From Christensenellales bacterium (lineage in GTDB: Bacteria; Bacillota; Clostridia; Christensenellales; UBA1242): DNA of 64,000 nucleotides. The stretch covers positions 81,051 through 145,050 of the forward strand of contig JBJFDL010000002.1 in the NCBI GenBank assembly GCA_051889995.1, given 5' to 3'. A model generated the notes under the pieces. It had not been told where the DNA came from and did not search any database. It saw only the letters and a list, made by a program, of their open reading frames with translations. Every line of letters begins with the position of its first letter. Position 1 is the stretch's first letter. Made by a program: the position numbers and the translations under genes. This document shows, piece after piece, positions 30,602-40,262 of this stretch.

Positions 30602-30647
30602 ATTTTTTCTCCTTTTTGGTGGTTAACGAAAACCTTTGTTTTCTCCC
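30602..30647 (-). promoter_or_regulatory. Structured leader ahead of rplK (paralogue of the rplA leader hairpin)
   Basis: Minus sense GGGA-GAAAAC-aaag-GTTTTC-GTTAACCACCAAAAAGGAGAAAAAAT-ATG. Same architecture as 30129-30171, with compensatory stem changes. Confidence 0.45.
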
Positions 30648-30696
30648 ACTGATTTATTCAAACGGCTATTAACCGATTAAATACATTTTGTTTTTT

Positions 30697-31224
30697 TTAC
30701 ATAATTTTTCTTACTTCATCAAGATTAACATCTACTTGATTTTCTCTACCAAACATTTCTACTGAAATTTTGGCTGTTAAATTATCTTTATCAATTGAAG
30801 ACACTACGCCGATTTGTCCATTTAATGCGCCTGCTAAAATTTCAACTTGGTCACCAATTTTTAGTGTAATATCAACTTCTGTTTTTTCTAGTCTCATTTT
30901 AACAATTTCTTCTTCTGTTAATTCTAATGGTCTAGCATTAGGACCAACAAAACTTGTAATACCACGAGTTCTTGTTATTGCATGCCAAATATCATCACCG
31001 TAAATCATTTTAACTAAAATATATGTTGGCATTAATTTTCTTGTAACAATAACTTTTTTGCCATTTTTTTCTTCAACAACATCTTCTGTTGGAATTACAA
31101 TATCAAAAATTCTGTTTGAAAGATTATTCTTTTCAATAACTCTTTTTAAATTTTCTTGAGCTACATTTTCATAACCGGGATTAGTGTGTAGTACATACCA
31201 CTTTGCTTCTGTGTTCATTTCCAT
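30697..31224 (-). CDS. nusG: Transcription termination/antitermination factor NusG
   Basis: 175 aa. WYVLHTNPGYENV N-terminus and a C-terminal KOW domain. secE-nusG-rplK synteny. Confidence 0.95.
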   Translation of the reverse strand: MEMNTEAKWYVLHTNPGYENVAQENLKRVIEKNNLSNRIFDIVIPTEDVVEEKNGKKVIVTRKLMPTYILVKMIYGDDIWHAITRTRGITSFVGPNARPLELTEEEIVKMRLEKTEVDITLKIGDQVEILAGALNGQIGVVSSIDKDNLTAKISVEMFGRENQVDVNLDEVRKIM

Positions 31225-31235
31225 AATAAAAACTC

Positions 31236-31460
31236 CTAACCAATTAACAATTTAAATAACCAAGAAAGCAATCTATCTATGCCAAACAAAACGACAGTGA
31301 AAAAAATAACAACGCCTAAAACAACTAATGTTTGTTTACAAACCTTTCCAAAACTTGGCCAGGTAACTTTTTTAAGTTCTGAAACAATTTCTTTAGTTCC
31401 TTTAGCAACTTTGTTTTCTTTTTTAACCTTTTCTTTACTTGTGTTAGTATTATTTGCCAT
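31236..31460 (-). CDS. secE: Preprotein translocase subunit SecE
   Basis: 74 aa. ELKKVTWPS followed by a single TM. Conserved position. Confidence 0.9.
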   Translation of the reverse strand: MANNTNTSKEKVKKENKVAKGTKEIVSELKKVTWPSFGKVCKQTLVVLGVVIFFTVVLFGIDRLLSWLFKLLIG

Positions 31461-31479
31461 AAAATTTACTCCTTATGTG

Positions 31480-31629
31480 TTATTTTGTTTCTTTATGCGT
31501 TGTATGTTTTTTACAGAAAGGACAATATTTACTTAACTCTATTCTATCTGGAGTGTTCTTTTTGTTTTTCATATTATCATAATTTCTATGTTTACATTCT
31601 GTGCACGCAAGTGTAATTTTATCTCTCAT
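31480..31629 (-). CDS. rpmG: 50S ribosomal protein L33
   Basis: [49 protein letters not shown]. Start at ATG 31629 with GAGAGGTG RBS. The longer track ORF is an upstream extension. Confidence 0.93.
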   Translation of the reverse strand: MRDKITLACTECKHRNYDNMKNKKNTPDRIELSKYCPFCKKHTTHKETK

Positions 31630-31764
31630 AACTGCACCTCTCACTAAAAAATTAGCACCCATAAGATGCTAATTTATTCTAACATTTATTTAATACCTTG
31701 TCAACAGTTTTTTTAATATTTTTAATATTTTTTACTTGATATAAAATTAACAATATTTTTAGTC

Positions 31765-33399
31765 TTAATCTTTTTCGCTTAAACTAATTTTCCCACTTAT
31801 TGTAGTTACATCAATTATTGATGTTGTTGAAGAGGTTTCTGGGAATATTTTTGTATATTCATAATATCCATCTTCATTTTTATCACCACTAAATGCAGAC
31901 ACAATCGTTCCACCAAGAGCAATGTTTAATTTATTATTTTTATTTTTAAAGTGAACTTTATATTGCTTTGTTGCATCCGTTGTTGCTGCTGGAACAGAAA
32001 TTGTAATATTTCCACTATCTGTTTTTAATGTTGAAGTTCCATTGAATGCATAATAACTTGCATTAACTCCACCCGTTTCACTTTCAGCTGTAACATTTCC
32101 ACAAAGATTTGTTAACTTAATTTGACCTGATGTTGTTTTTGCAATCAATTCTTTGGTAATTTCGCTTTTATTATAATTAATTTCTACTGTTCCTGATGTT
32201 GCTGAAACTTCTGTCTTTAATGATTTTAATTCATTAATTACAACTCTTCCACTTTCAGAACTAATTTGAAGATTATTATAAATTCCTGCATTTTCATCGC
32301 TTGATGTTTTTCCCAAATTAAGTGTTCCAGATTTAACAATAAAGTTTGCAAAATTTGATGTTGCTGTTGTTGTTCCAATTTGATTAATTGTCGTTGTTCC
32401 ACTTTCATTTCTACAATCGATAGCACCGTTTAATTTATCAATTTTAATTGTTCCATTTTTAGTATTAAATATTCCAGTTCCTTTAATTTCTTTGACTTCA
32501 ATGTAACCAGTTGTAATTTGGCTATCTAGTAATCCAAAATTAACATTTCCATAAATTTTATCTGCTTTAATTGCTGGATTATTTCCTGTTACTGTTAGGT
32601 TTCCACCAATAACTGCTCCACCTTGCTCGTAACCTATTGATTTAAAAGTAAAATTGCCAGTGTTAGAAATGATTTCTACATTTCCTAAATATTCATTATC
32701 GATTGTAACTTTACCAAGATATGTAACGATTTTTAGGTTTGAACCACTTTCCATTTTAATGTTATCTAAATTTATTGTGCCTTTTGCAGAACTAACAGCA
32801 ACACTGATATCTGACGTTGATACTCTAACATCTTTTACTAAACTGTTTTTTGCAAAAGAAATATTACCTTTATCAGTTTTTAAATTATATTCTGCACTCA
32901 ATAGTTCTTCTGGAACATAAATGATAACAGATGAATTACCATAAGTTAAGATTCCTTTAGGTTCAATTAATTTGATTGTAAATTCTGAACCATTTCTAAT
33001 TGTTGCCATATTAAGACTATCAAATTTATTAACTGCAACTGTGTTGTTTTCGTCTTGAATATCTTGAATTTCAGTTGTTAAGACATCATTGTTTATAAAG
33101 CCCATATAATCGTTGTGGATAACAATTCTTAAATTATTATTTACTGTATCTTTGATGGTTTCATTTGCATTTGGCATAATTGTTATATCATAATTATTTG
33201 TTTCAACATTAACTTTTGTAACGCTGTTTTTCATATCGGTAAATATTGCAAAATTATCATCGTGATTAGAACGATATTTAAATCCAAACAAACTCATGTC
33301 TGGAAATATAAATAATATGCCTGCAAATATGGCAACAGCAAAAAGTGCTACTACAATCAAAATTACAACATATTTAATAAGATTCTTGATTAGTTCCAT
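31765..33399 (-). CDS. Membrane-anchored beta-strand-repeat protein (DUF4097 / putative-adhesin-like)
   Basis: Start at MELIKN (ATG 33399, AGGAG RBS) and an N-terminal TM. Repeated motifs of type T.SG.I.I/L (TDSGNITISV, TTSGQIKLTNL, ATSGTVEINY, SESGRVVINEL, TISGKISLSE). Confidence 0.5.
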   Translation of the reverse strand: MELIKNLIKYVVILIVVALFAVAIFAGILFIFPDMSLFGFKYRSNHDDNFAIFTDMKNSVTKVNVETNNYDITIMPNANETIKDTVNNNLRIVIHNDYMGFINNDVLTTEIQDIQDENNTVAVNKFDSLNMATIRNGSEFTIKLIEPKGILTYGNSSVIIYVPEELLSAEYNLKTDKGNISFAKNSLVKDVRVSTSDISVAVSSAKGTINLDNIKMESGSNLKIVTYLGKVTIDNEYLGNVEIISNTGNFTFKSIGYEQGGAVIGGNLTVTGNNPAIKADKIYGNVNFGLLDSQITTGYIEVKEIKGTGIFNTKNGTIKIDKLNGAIDCRNESGTTTINQIGTTTATSNFANFIVKSGTLNLGKTSSDENAGIYNNLQISSESGRVVINELKSLKTEVSATSGTVEINYNKSEITKELIAKTTSGQIKLTNLCGNVTAESETGGVNASYYAFNGTSTLKTDSGNITISVPAATTDATKQYKVHFKNKNNKLNIALGGTIVSAFSGDKNEDGYYEYTKIFPETSSTTSIIDVTTISGKISLSEKD

Positions 33400-33511
33400 A
33401 TAACTTCTCCTATTGAACAATTATAACATAATATCAATAAATTTGCAATAGATTTTAATAAAATATGGTTCCAATCATATTGTCAAAAATTTTTGAATAA
33501 TATATTACAAT

Positions 33512-34186
33512 ATGATAAGGGTGTTTAAAATCAACAAAAAAATTATAATAGTTACGCTAATTGTTATTGTTTACGTATTATTTTGTAGCATTGATTTTTC
33601 GCAAAAAACACTTGCAAATTCATATAAAACGCCCTATATTTTAATTGATCCTGGTCATGGTTCACTAGATGGTGGAGCAGTTGGTTTAACAACTGGTGTT
33701 AAGGAAAGCGATTTAAATTTGGAATATGCCAAAACCTTAAAGTCATATTTTGATAGTATGAATTTTAAAGTCGAATTAATTAGAAACACTGAAAGCGCAT
33801 TAGATGAAGATAAATATGAAGACATGCTTAAAAGAAAAGAAAAAATAGAAAACAGTAACTGTGATATTTTTATCTCCATACATATGAATAAGTTTACTCT
33901 TTCCTCATCAATTGGTGCACAAGTTTTTTTTAAAATAGATGATAAACAAAGTGAAAATTTAGCTGTTTGTGTTCGAGATTTACTTATAAAAAATGTAGAG
34001 GATGCACGAAAATTGGTATTACAAGGTGATTATCTCGTTTTAAATAGTGCCAAATGCCCTGCAATTTTGGTGGAATGTGGCTTTTTGAGTAACAAAAAAG
34101 ATGAATTAAGACTACAAACTAAAGAATTTAGAGAAAAACTCTGTTATCAAATTTTTTGTGGCACAATAAAATATTTAAACATATAA
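33512..34186 (+). CDS. cwlD: N-acetylmuramoyl-L-alanine amidase, CwlD-like (germination-specific)
   Basis: ILIDPGHGSLDGGAVG, ISIHMN, ILVECGFLSN. Size (224 aa) and N-terminal anchor are typical of CwlD. Confidence 0.8.
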   Translation: MIRVFKINKKIIIVTLIVIVYVLFCSIDFSQKTLANSYKTPYILIDPGHGSLDGGAVGLTTGVKESDLNLEYAKTLKSYFDSMNFKVELIRNTESALDEDKYEDMLKRKEKIENSNCDIFISIHMNKFTLSSSIGAQVFFKIDDKQSENLAVCVRDLLIKNVEDARKLVLQGDYLVLNSAKCPAILVECGFLSNKKDELRLQTKEFREKLCYQIFCGTIKYLNI

Positions 34187-34200
34187 AAGTTATTGTTATA

Positions 34201-34237
34201 AAAAATCTCCTACCAAATTGATACAGGAGATTTTTTA
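34201..34237. terminator. Bidirectional intrinsic terminator
   Basis: AAAATCTCCT-13 nt-AGGAGATTTT with T-run. Confidence 0.75.
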
Positions 34238-34265
34238 TTATAACAAGTATGTTTAAATTTTAAAA

Positions 34266-36275
34266 TTATTCATTTGGCTTTTTGGTCTTTGTTTCTTCTT
34301 CGATTTTTTCCATTTCTTTTAATTCCGTCAAAGCTTGTGACCAAACAGAGAATGGGTTTTTAGAGCCTTTTTCAAATAATTTAAAAGTCTCATTCTTTTC
34401 AACAGAATTCATAAGTATTCTGTAAGCGATATAGTCTAAATCATATTCGCTACAAGGTTTGCCATACATTTCAAGGTCATCTAATGAATTATATTTTAAA
34501 GGAAGATGATATACAACATTTTTAACAGCTTGGAACAAATCGCCAATTGATAGTGGTTTACTTGTTGAATCAATTGTGTCGGCAATTGAAATGGCAATGT
34601 TTTCAATATCATTAAAATTTAACTTAACAAATAATTCACAGAATTTATCTCGATTTGCAGTTTCAATTTGTTGAAGTTTCTTTTCTAATGAAACAATTTC
34701 TTTATTTTTTCTTTCATATTTAGATTTAAACAATTCTTGAGTGTCTTTTAATTTAAATGAATCTAAACATGTTTTAATTTCGTGTTCTGTGTAAGATTCC
34801 GTATTAATTATATTTAAAATTTCGTTATATATATCATCTAAAATGTCTTTGTTATAGTTCAAAACACTGATATATTCAGGATTTTTATTAAAGAAATTAT
34901 TTATTATGCGTTTATCACGAGAAACATCGTCAGTTTTTTCTTTGTTTGAGCATTCCAAAAATTTAAATAAAACATTTTCACCGATATATTGATATTTATT
35001 TTTTAATTCGTTACATAGTTTATTAAAATTTTTATAGTTTTTATTACGATTTGTCTTTTTATATTCTTCCCATATTTTTTGAAAATCATTTTCTGTAACT
35101 TTTGTTAAGCCTTTTTCTTCTAGTAATGCTTCAATAAACTCTAAATTTTCTAATCTCGCTTTTGTGTTATTAAGCTTACCCGTAAATCTTTCAATTAAAA
35201 GTTCTTTAGCAAATTCATAATTATCCTCATTTGTTTCAAAGATATAATCATAAATAAAGTAAGGATTAATCCAATAACCATCGCCTGCAAAACTAACAGT
35301 TTCAAGCAGTTCTGCCTTTGCAAGTCGTCTTGAACTTGGCGAATAACAACAGTTTATAAAATCAGGTGCACGATTTGTATACTTAGTGATTCTAGCAGGT
35401 TTATCTTCATCTAAATTTTCATGCATTTTTTTGTTTTCACTAAAAATATATTCACCTGCAATAGCATTATTGTTAATATCTTTAAGTGGCAACATAAAGA
35501 AATTTAATGAAGGATAATCACTAAACTTTTCATGTCCAGCATCCCATGTTGGGTCAAAATAATAGTAGCCATCTATATTATATTTTTCATCTTTAACATA
35601 AATTATTAAATTTGCATGATAAGCATGCGCTGTTTTTCCATCTTCTGATACTTTAACCATATTAATATATGGTTTAAGATTTTTAGAATCAACTTCTTCT
35701 AAAAATGCACTTAACAAATTAGCATAGCCAACACAAACAATTTTTTCACTATTCAATACACCATAAATTGACCTAGATTTTGAATAATGTTCAAAAAAGT
35801 CATTAATTTTATATGTAGGAGATGTTACGCTAATGTATCCATATAATAACTTTTCTAAAGGCGAGAAGTTATGTTTTTTGATTTCGTTTGTAATACTTTT
35901 AACTTTATTATTAGCATTTTCAACTTCTTTTAAATCCCAAGTCATTTCCAAGTCTTCAAATCCAAATGAAATACCTCTTTTTGCTAAATATGTTTCAACA
36001 TTTTTAATTTTGTCCCATTCTTCGTTTCTAAAAACATACTTATAAGAAGATGATGAAAATCCAAGGTTATGTGGTTCAACACCAATATATTTAAAGACAT
36101 TAATTATTTCAGCCAAAGTTTTTTCATCTGCATTGATGTAAAATTCTGGTCTTTCAATAAATAACATTTTCCATTTTTCTTTACTCTTCTTTTCAAAATA
36201 TTTTCTTTCTTGACGTAATACTTCAATACCTTCTTCTGTCGTTAAGTAATCACTTGAAACTATTAGTTTATACAT
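34266..36275 (-). CDS. Cytoplasmic protein with transglutaminase-like Cys-His-Asp core
   Basis: 669 aa. KIVCVGYANLLSAFL (Cys), then AHAYHANLIIYV (His), then YYYFDPTWD (Asp), with spacing typical of the transglutaminase-like fold. Long helical C-terminal half. Confidence 0.5.
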   Translation of the reverse strand: MYKLIVSSDYLTTEEGIEVLRQERKYFEKKSKEKWKMLFIERPEFYINADEKTLAEIINVFKYIGVEPHNLGFSSSSYKYVFRNEEWDKIKNVETYLAKRGISFGFEDLEMTWDLKEVENANNKVKSITNEIKKHNFSPLEKLLYGYISVTSPTYKINDFFEHYSKSRSIYGVLNSEKIVCVGYANLLSAFLEEVDSKNLKPYINMVKVSEDGKTAHAYHANLIIYVKDEKYNIDGYYYFDPTWDAGHEKFSDYPSLNFFMLPLKDINNNAIAGEYIFSENKKMHENLDEDKPARITKYTNRAPDFINCCYSPSSRRLAKAELLETVSFAGDGYWINPYFIYDYIFETNEDNYEFAKELLIERFTGKLNNTKARLENLEFIEALLEEKGLTKVTENDFQKIWEEYKKTNRNKNYKNFNKLCNELKNKYQYIGENVLFKFLECSNKEKTDDVSRDKRIINNFFNKNPEYISVLNYNKDILDDIYNEILNIINTESYTEHEIKTCLDSFKLKDTQELFKSKYERKNKEIVSLEKKLQQIETANRDKFCELFVKLNFNDIENIAISIADTIDSTSKPLSIGDLFQAVKNVVYHLPLKYNSLDDLEMYGKPCSEYDLDYIAYRILMNSVEKNETFKLFEKGSKNPFSVWSQALTELKEMEKIEEETKTKKPNE

Positions 36276-36548
36276 TTATATCCCCCTACAAAAACTAGTC
36301 TAATTTATTATAATGCGTGTGACGAAATTTGTCAATATCAAATATTTTTTTAATTGTCTTTCATTAAGATTAAAATCAAAGTATAATTAAAAGCTCATTT
36401 AAAAACTACTATCTCTTATTAAACTTATATTTCTTTCTTTTAATTGTGAATGAAAAAGCGTATAATAAAACAACAAAACTAAAAAAGCAGACAAATAGGA
36501 AACTATTAATCTGCTAATTTTAAATATTTAGTAAATTCTTATAAAACT

Positions 36549-38384
36549 TTACTCTAAAATCGCTTTAATACGACGAACGCCCGCACTGCTTGCCTCTTCT
36601 TTTGTTATTTTAAATTTTCCAAGTTCACTAGTATTGCTTACATGAGGTCCTGTGCAAATTTCTTTTGAAACATCGCCAATTGTATAAACCGAAACGATTT
36701 CGGGATATCTTTCAATAAATTGATGTTCAGCCCCAACTTCAACAGCCTTTTGTTTTGGCATTTCTTCTTTCGTAACAACTAAACCTTGACTAATCCAATC
36801 ATTTACCAAATCTTCAACTTGTTTAATTTCCTCTTCTGTCAATTTATGGTCACAAGGAAAGTCAAAACGCAATCTTTCATTTGTAATATTTGAGCCCATT
36901 TGATGTGATTCTTTACCTAAAACATTTTTTAATGCAGCATTTAGTAGATGTGTTGCAGTATGATATTTTGTTGTCATTTCACCAGTGTTTGCAAGACCAC
37001 TTTTAAACTCACCTTCTTTAATTGCTTTTGATTTTTCTTGGTGTTCTTTAAAAGCATTTTTAAATCCTTCTTCATCAACAGTGAAATTAATTTCATTTGC
37101 TAATTCAATGGTTAATTCAAGAGGAAAGCCAAATGTATCATAAAGTCTAAAAGCCGTTTTACCATTTATTTCATCTTTTATGTCTTCACCATTTTGCTTT
37201 GCAAATTCTTTATGCCTTTTAATTCCGTTAATTACTTTATCAAATTCTTTCAAACCTTGTTCCAAAGTTTTGTTGAACTTTTCTGTTTCTTTTAATATTT
37301 CATTTAAAATATATTCTTCATTTTGTTTTAAGCGAGGATAAGCTTCGTCGTAAATTTTTTCAATAAAAATTTTAGCGCAATTAATTAAATCTTCACTCTT
37401 CAAATTTAAACTTTTTGCATATCTAATTGCTCTGCGTAGTAATCTTCTTAAAATGTATCCTGCCCCCAAATTCGATGGAAGAAGACTGTTTTCATCGCCT
37501 ATTAACATAACAGCTGTTCTAATGTGGTCAGCAATTATTCTCATTGCTTTTGTCGCTTTTTCATTTTCTTCATATTTTTGTGAACTTGCAGTTTCAAGAT
37601 ATTTTATTACATCGTAAAACAAGTCAGTTTTATAAACATCATTTAATCCATTCAAAAACATCAAACATCTTTCAAAGCCAAAGCCCGTGTCAACATTTTT
37701 GTTGTCTAGAGGCAAATAACCATCTTCAGCTCTTTTATATTGCATATACACGTCATTACCAATTTCAACATATCTTCCGCAATCACATTCAATATCACAA
37801 TCTTTTGAGCATTTTTCTTCTCTAATTGGATAGAACCACTCATTATCTGGTCCACAAGGAGTGTCAACAGTTCCTTCTAACTCCCAGAAATTATTTTCTT
37901 TTCCGTTCGGCTTTTTACCTAAATAATAGATATTTTCTTCTTTTATTCCTAAATTTTTAAGATAGTTTGCTGTTTCAGTATCTTTTGGGGCATGTTCATT
38001 TCCAGCAAAAACGCTTGAACATATTTTATCTTTATCAAGTCCAAAAACCTCTGTTAACAATTCTACTGTCCAAGCAGTTTTTTCTTTTTTAAAATAATCA
38101 CCTAAACTCCAGTTTCCCATCATCTCAAAGAATGTGCAGTGAGAACTATCGCCTACTTCATCAATATCTACAGTTCTAACACACCCTTGAACATTACATA
38201 GCCTTGTTCCACTGGGATGTTTTTTACCTAATAAATAAGGCATTAAAGGTTGCATTCCTGCAACATTAAACATAACCCCAGTTGTGCCATCACCTATTAA
38301 AGAAACAGCACCAATGTTTACGTGTCCTTTTCCTTCATAAAATTTTATCCACTTATCTCTTAATTCTTTTGATGTAATTTTCAT
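36549..38384 (-). CDS. alaS: Alanine--tRNA ligase, short form (catalytic plus editing domains, no C-Ala domain)
   Basis: FNVAGMQP, HCTFFEMMGNWSLGDYFK, DTGFGFERC. Editing HTATHLLNAAL and CTGPHV. Ends ...GVRRIKAILE at 611 aa. Confidence 0.85.
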   Translation of the reverse strand: MKITSKELRDKWIKFYEGKGHVNIGAVSLIGDGTTGVMFNVAGMQPLMPYLLGKKHPSGTRLCNVQGCVRTVDIDEVGDSSHCTFFEMMGNWSLGDYFKKEKTAWTVELLTEVFGLDKDKICSSVFAGNEHAPKDTETANYLKNLGIKEENIYYLGKKPNGKENNFWELEGTVDTPCGPDNEWFYPIREEKCSKDCDIECDCGRYVEIGNDVYMQYKRAEDGYLPLDNKNVDTGFGFERCLMFLNGLNDVYKTDLFYDVIKYLETASSQKYEENEKATKAMRIIADHIRTAVMLIGDENSLLPSNLGAGYILRRLLRRAIRYAKSLNLKSEDLINCAKIFIEKIYDEAYPRLKQNEEYILNEILKETEKFNKTLEQGLKEFDKVINGIKRHKEFAKQNGEDIKDEINGKTAFRLYDTFGFPLELTIELANEINFTVDEEGFKNAFKEHQEKSKAIKEGEFKSGLANTGEMTTKYHTATHLLNAALKNVLGKESHQMGSNITNERLRFDFPCDHKLTEEEIKQVEDLVNDWISQGLVVTKEEMPKQKAVEVGAEHQFIERYPEIVSVYTIGDVSKEICTGPHVSNTSELGKFKITKEEASSAGVRRIKAILE

Positions 38385-38393
38385 TTTTTTCTC

Positions 38394-38975
38394 CTAACTA
38401 TTTGTTTCATCTAGATATGTTGCTTGTAAGTCTGCAAGATGGAATAAAAATGCCACAGGATATTTATAAAACGCACTACTTAGCGCATAACTTCCTCCCA
38501 ACACACGAGTATCATATCCACCCATATGCCAATTTATTGCCATAGCTTCTTCTCTTGTTAATTTCATAAAACCAGAAATCATATATACTGATTTTTCACC
38601 ATGCCCATAAGGCAAAAGTTCATCGACTGTGTAATATGGAACTTGAACCCATGCGCCATCTACTTTTGTGTTACGCATTTCTTCTTTATAGAAATCTACT
38701 TTACAAATATCATGCAACAATGCAATTATTGCAATGCTTTCGTCACTAATTTTTTCTGAATAATTTTCGCCATATTCATTAACGACTATTCGTTTAAATC
38801 TTCTAAATGTATTTAAAGAATGTTCAACCAATCCACCCCTATGACAAGAATGGAATTTTGAACTTGCTGGTGCAGTAAAAAAATCGCTGTTCTCTAAATA
38901 ATTAAGCAAATTTTCTGCGCCTTCTCTTTTTATGTTATCTTTAAAAATTTTAACAAATTCTTCTTTTGTATCCAT
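38394..38975 (-). CDS. HD-domain phosphohydrolase
   Basis: FHSCHRGGLVEHSLN and ALLHDICK (the H...HD signature). Stops (TAG) 9 nt before the alaS start. Confidence 0.75.
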   Translation of the reverse strand: MDTKEEFVKIFKDNIKREGAENLLNYLENSDFFTAPASSKFHSCHRGGLVEHSLNTFRRFKRIVVNEYGENYSEKISDESIAIIALLHDICKVDFYKEEMRNTKVDGAWVQVPYYTVDELLPYGHGEKSVYMISGFMKLTREEAMAINWHMGGYDTRVLGGSYALSSAFYKYPVAFLFHLADLQATYLDETNS

Positions 38976-38984
38976 AAAAATCTC

Positions 38985-39569
38985 CTAATTATAAAAATCT
39001 ATTCTGGCATTGAGCAACTTATAATATTTTATTGCCTCTTTTCTTAATTTGGAACGTTCAAAAAATATATTTTCTGTTGTTCTCCAAACGAACACCCATG
39101 CAATTATTAAAATCATTTCAGAAAACAAACTAAATTTCTCGACTATTTTAATTAATGCATATAACCCTAACGCTAAAACGCTTAAAATCATAAGATATAT
39201 GCATTCAACTTTATTGCTATATAGTCTATCATTTATATCGCTTACTTTTTTTTCGAAATAATTTCTGTATGCCAATTTAATCATACTTTTATCTTCACGA
39301 GTAAATTCTTTCGTGTTATTAATTTTTATATTCAAATGTTTTTCAAGTTTTATGTTGTCAGTGTTTTCGTTAACAAATCTTGCAAAATCACTAGTGATTA
39401 TTGTGTCTTCCCCCTCACTCAATTTTGACACAAGGTCATCTTTATTTTCGGCTTTTACATAAATTAAGGCTTCATCATTTTCATTAATAATTTCGCCGTT
39501 TTCAAATTCTATTTGTTGAAATTCATTTTTTAACTCTTTTAACATCTTTATATTTTTAAACATAAACAC
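38985..39569 (-). CDS. Hypothetical membrane protein
   Basis: 194 aa. Soluble acidic N-half, two C-terminal TM segments. No family recognised. Confidence 0.5.
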   Translation of the reverse strand: MFMFKNIKMLKELKNEFQQIEFENGEIINENDEALIYVKAENKDDLVSKLSEGEDTIITSDFARFVNENTDNIKLEKHLNIKINNTKEFTREDKSMIKLAYRNYFEKKVSDINDRLYSNKVECIYLMILSVLALGLYALIKIVEKFSLFSEMILIIAWVFVWRTTENIFFERSKLRKEAIKYYKLLNARIDFYN

Positions 39570-39592
39570 CTACTAATTAATATAATACAAAA

Positions 39593-39628
39593 ATGATAAA
39601 AAAAAGGCAAGTATTTTTGCCCTTTTTA
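39593..39628 (-). terminator. Intrinsic terminator
   Basis: Minus sense GGCAA-loop-TTGCC followed by T8. Confidence 0.6.
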
Positions 39629-39634
39629 ATTCGC

Positions 39635-40108
39635 TTAATCTTTTAATTCTTTCAAGAATGTTTTTAGGTTGTTATAATATTCTTCCTCTAATCCCATTAA
39701 AGTTTGTAAAACTTCATATAGTTCACCATTTGTATCTTTATAGTCACATAAATCTTTATAACAAGTAGTCGTTCCCATAACAGAACCTAACAACATCATT
39801 TCTGCAAGATGTCTTGTGCTCCTATCTGCAAGTGTTGTAACTTTAATGCTAGTGAATAACCTTGCTTTTTCAAACATATTATTATCCTTGGGTTCAACTT
39901 TAATTTTTTCGCATACTGTTAAAAGTTTTGCCTTAACCGAATTATAACCGTCTTTTTCTTTTTTTAGTTCTTTAAGAAAACATTGGTCTTCTGTCACTTT
40001 TTCGATTTCATTTATTGATTGAATAGCAGTAGAAATATTTTGATAAATTGCATTCACAAAATCTTCTAATTTTTTTTCTTCCTCTTTAATTATTTCTTCT
40101 TTTTCCAT
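39635..40108 (-). CDS. Hypothetical helical protein
   Basis: Start set at MEKEEIIKEEEK (ATG 40108) after AAAGGAGAAAATT. No motif recognised. Confidence 0.5.
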   Translation of the reverse strand: MEKEEIIKEEEKKLEDFVNAIYQNISTAIQSINEIEKVTEDQCFLKELKKEKDGYNSVKAKLLTVCEKIKVEPKDNNMFEKARLFTSIKVTTLADRSTRHLAEMMLLGSVMGTTTCYKDLCDYKDTNGELYEVLQTLMGLEEEYYNNLKTFLKELKD

Positions 40109-40262
40109 AATTTTCTCCTTTAAATTAAGCATTTGCATAATAAAAATATTTATACTTAAAACTTTTACCATATAAACTCATAATTTAATTTTTTAATAAA
40201 AGTAAAAAAACAATAAGAATTAGTTTAAGCAATTTGAAACTTGAAAAATAATTATAAAGATT

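Noticed and set aside
31480-31662. Longer N-termini offered by the ORF track for rpmG, and likewise 40430-42901, 61662-62993, 6873-8042, 12011-12580, 31765-33420 and 39635-40171
   Set aside because: In each case an internal ATG has a proper GGAG-type RBS and yields the expected N-terminus (L33 MRDKITL, lipoprotein or secretion signal peptides). The upstream extension would overlap promoters or neighbouring genes.
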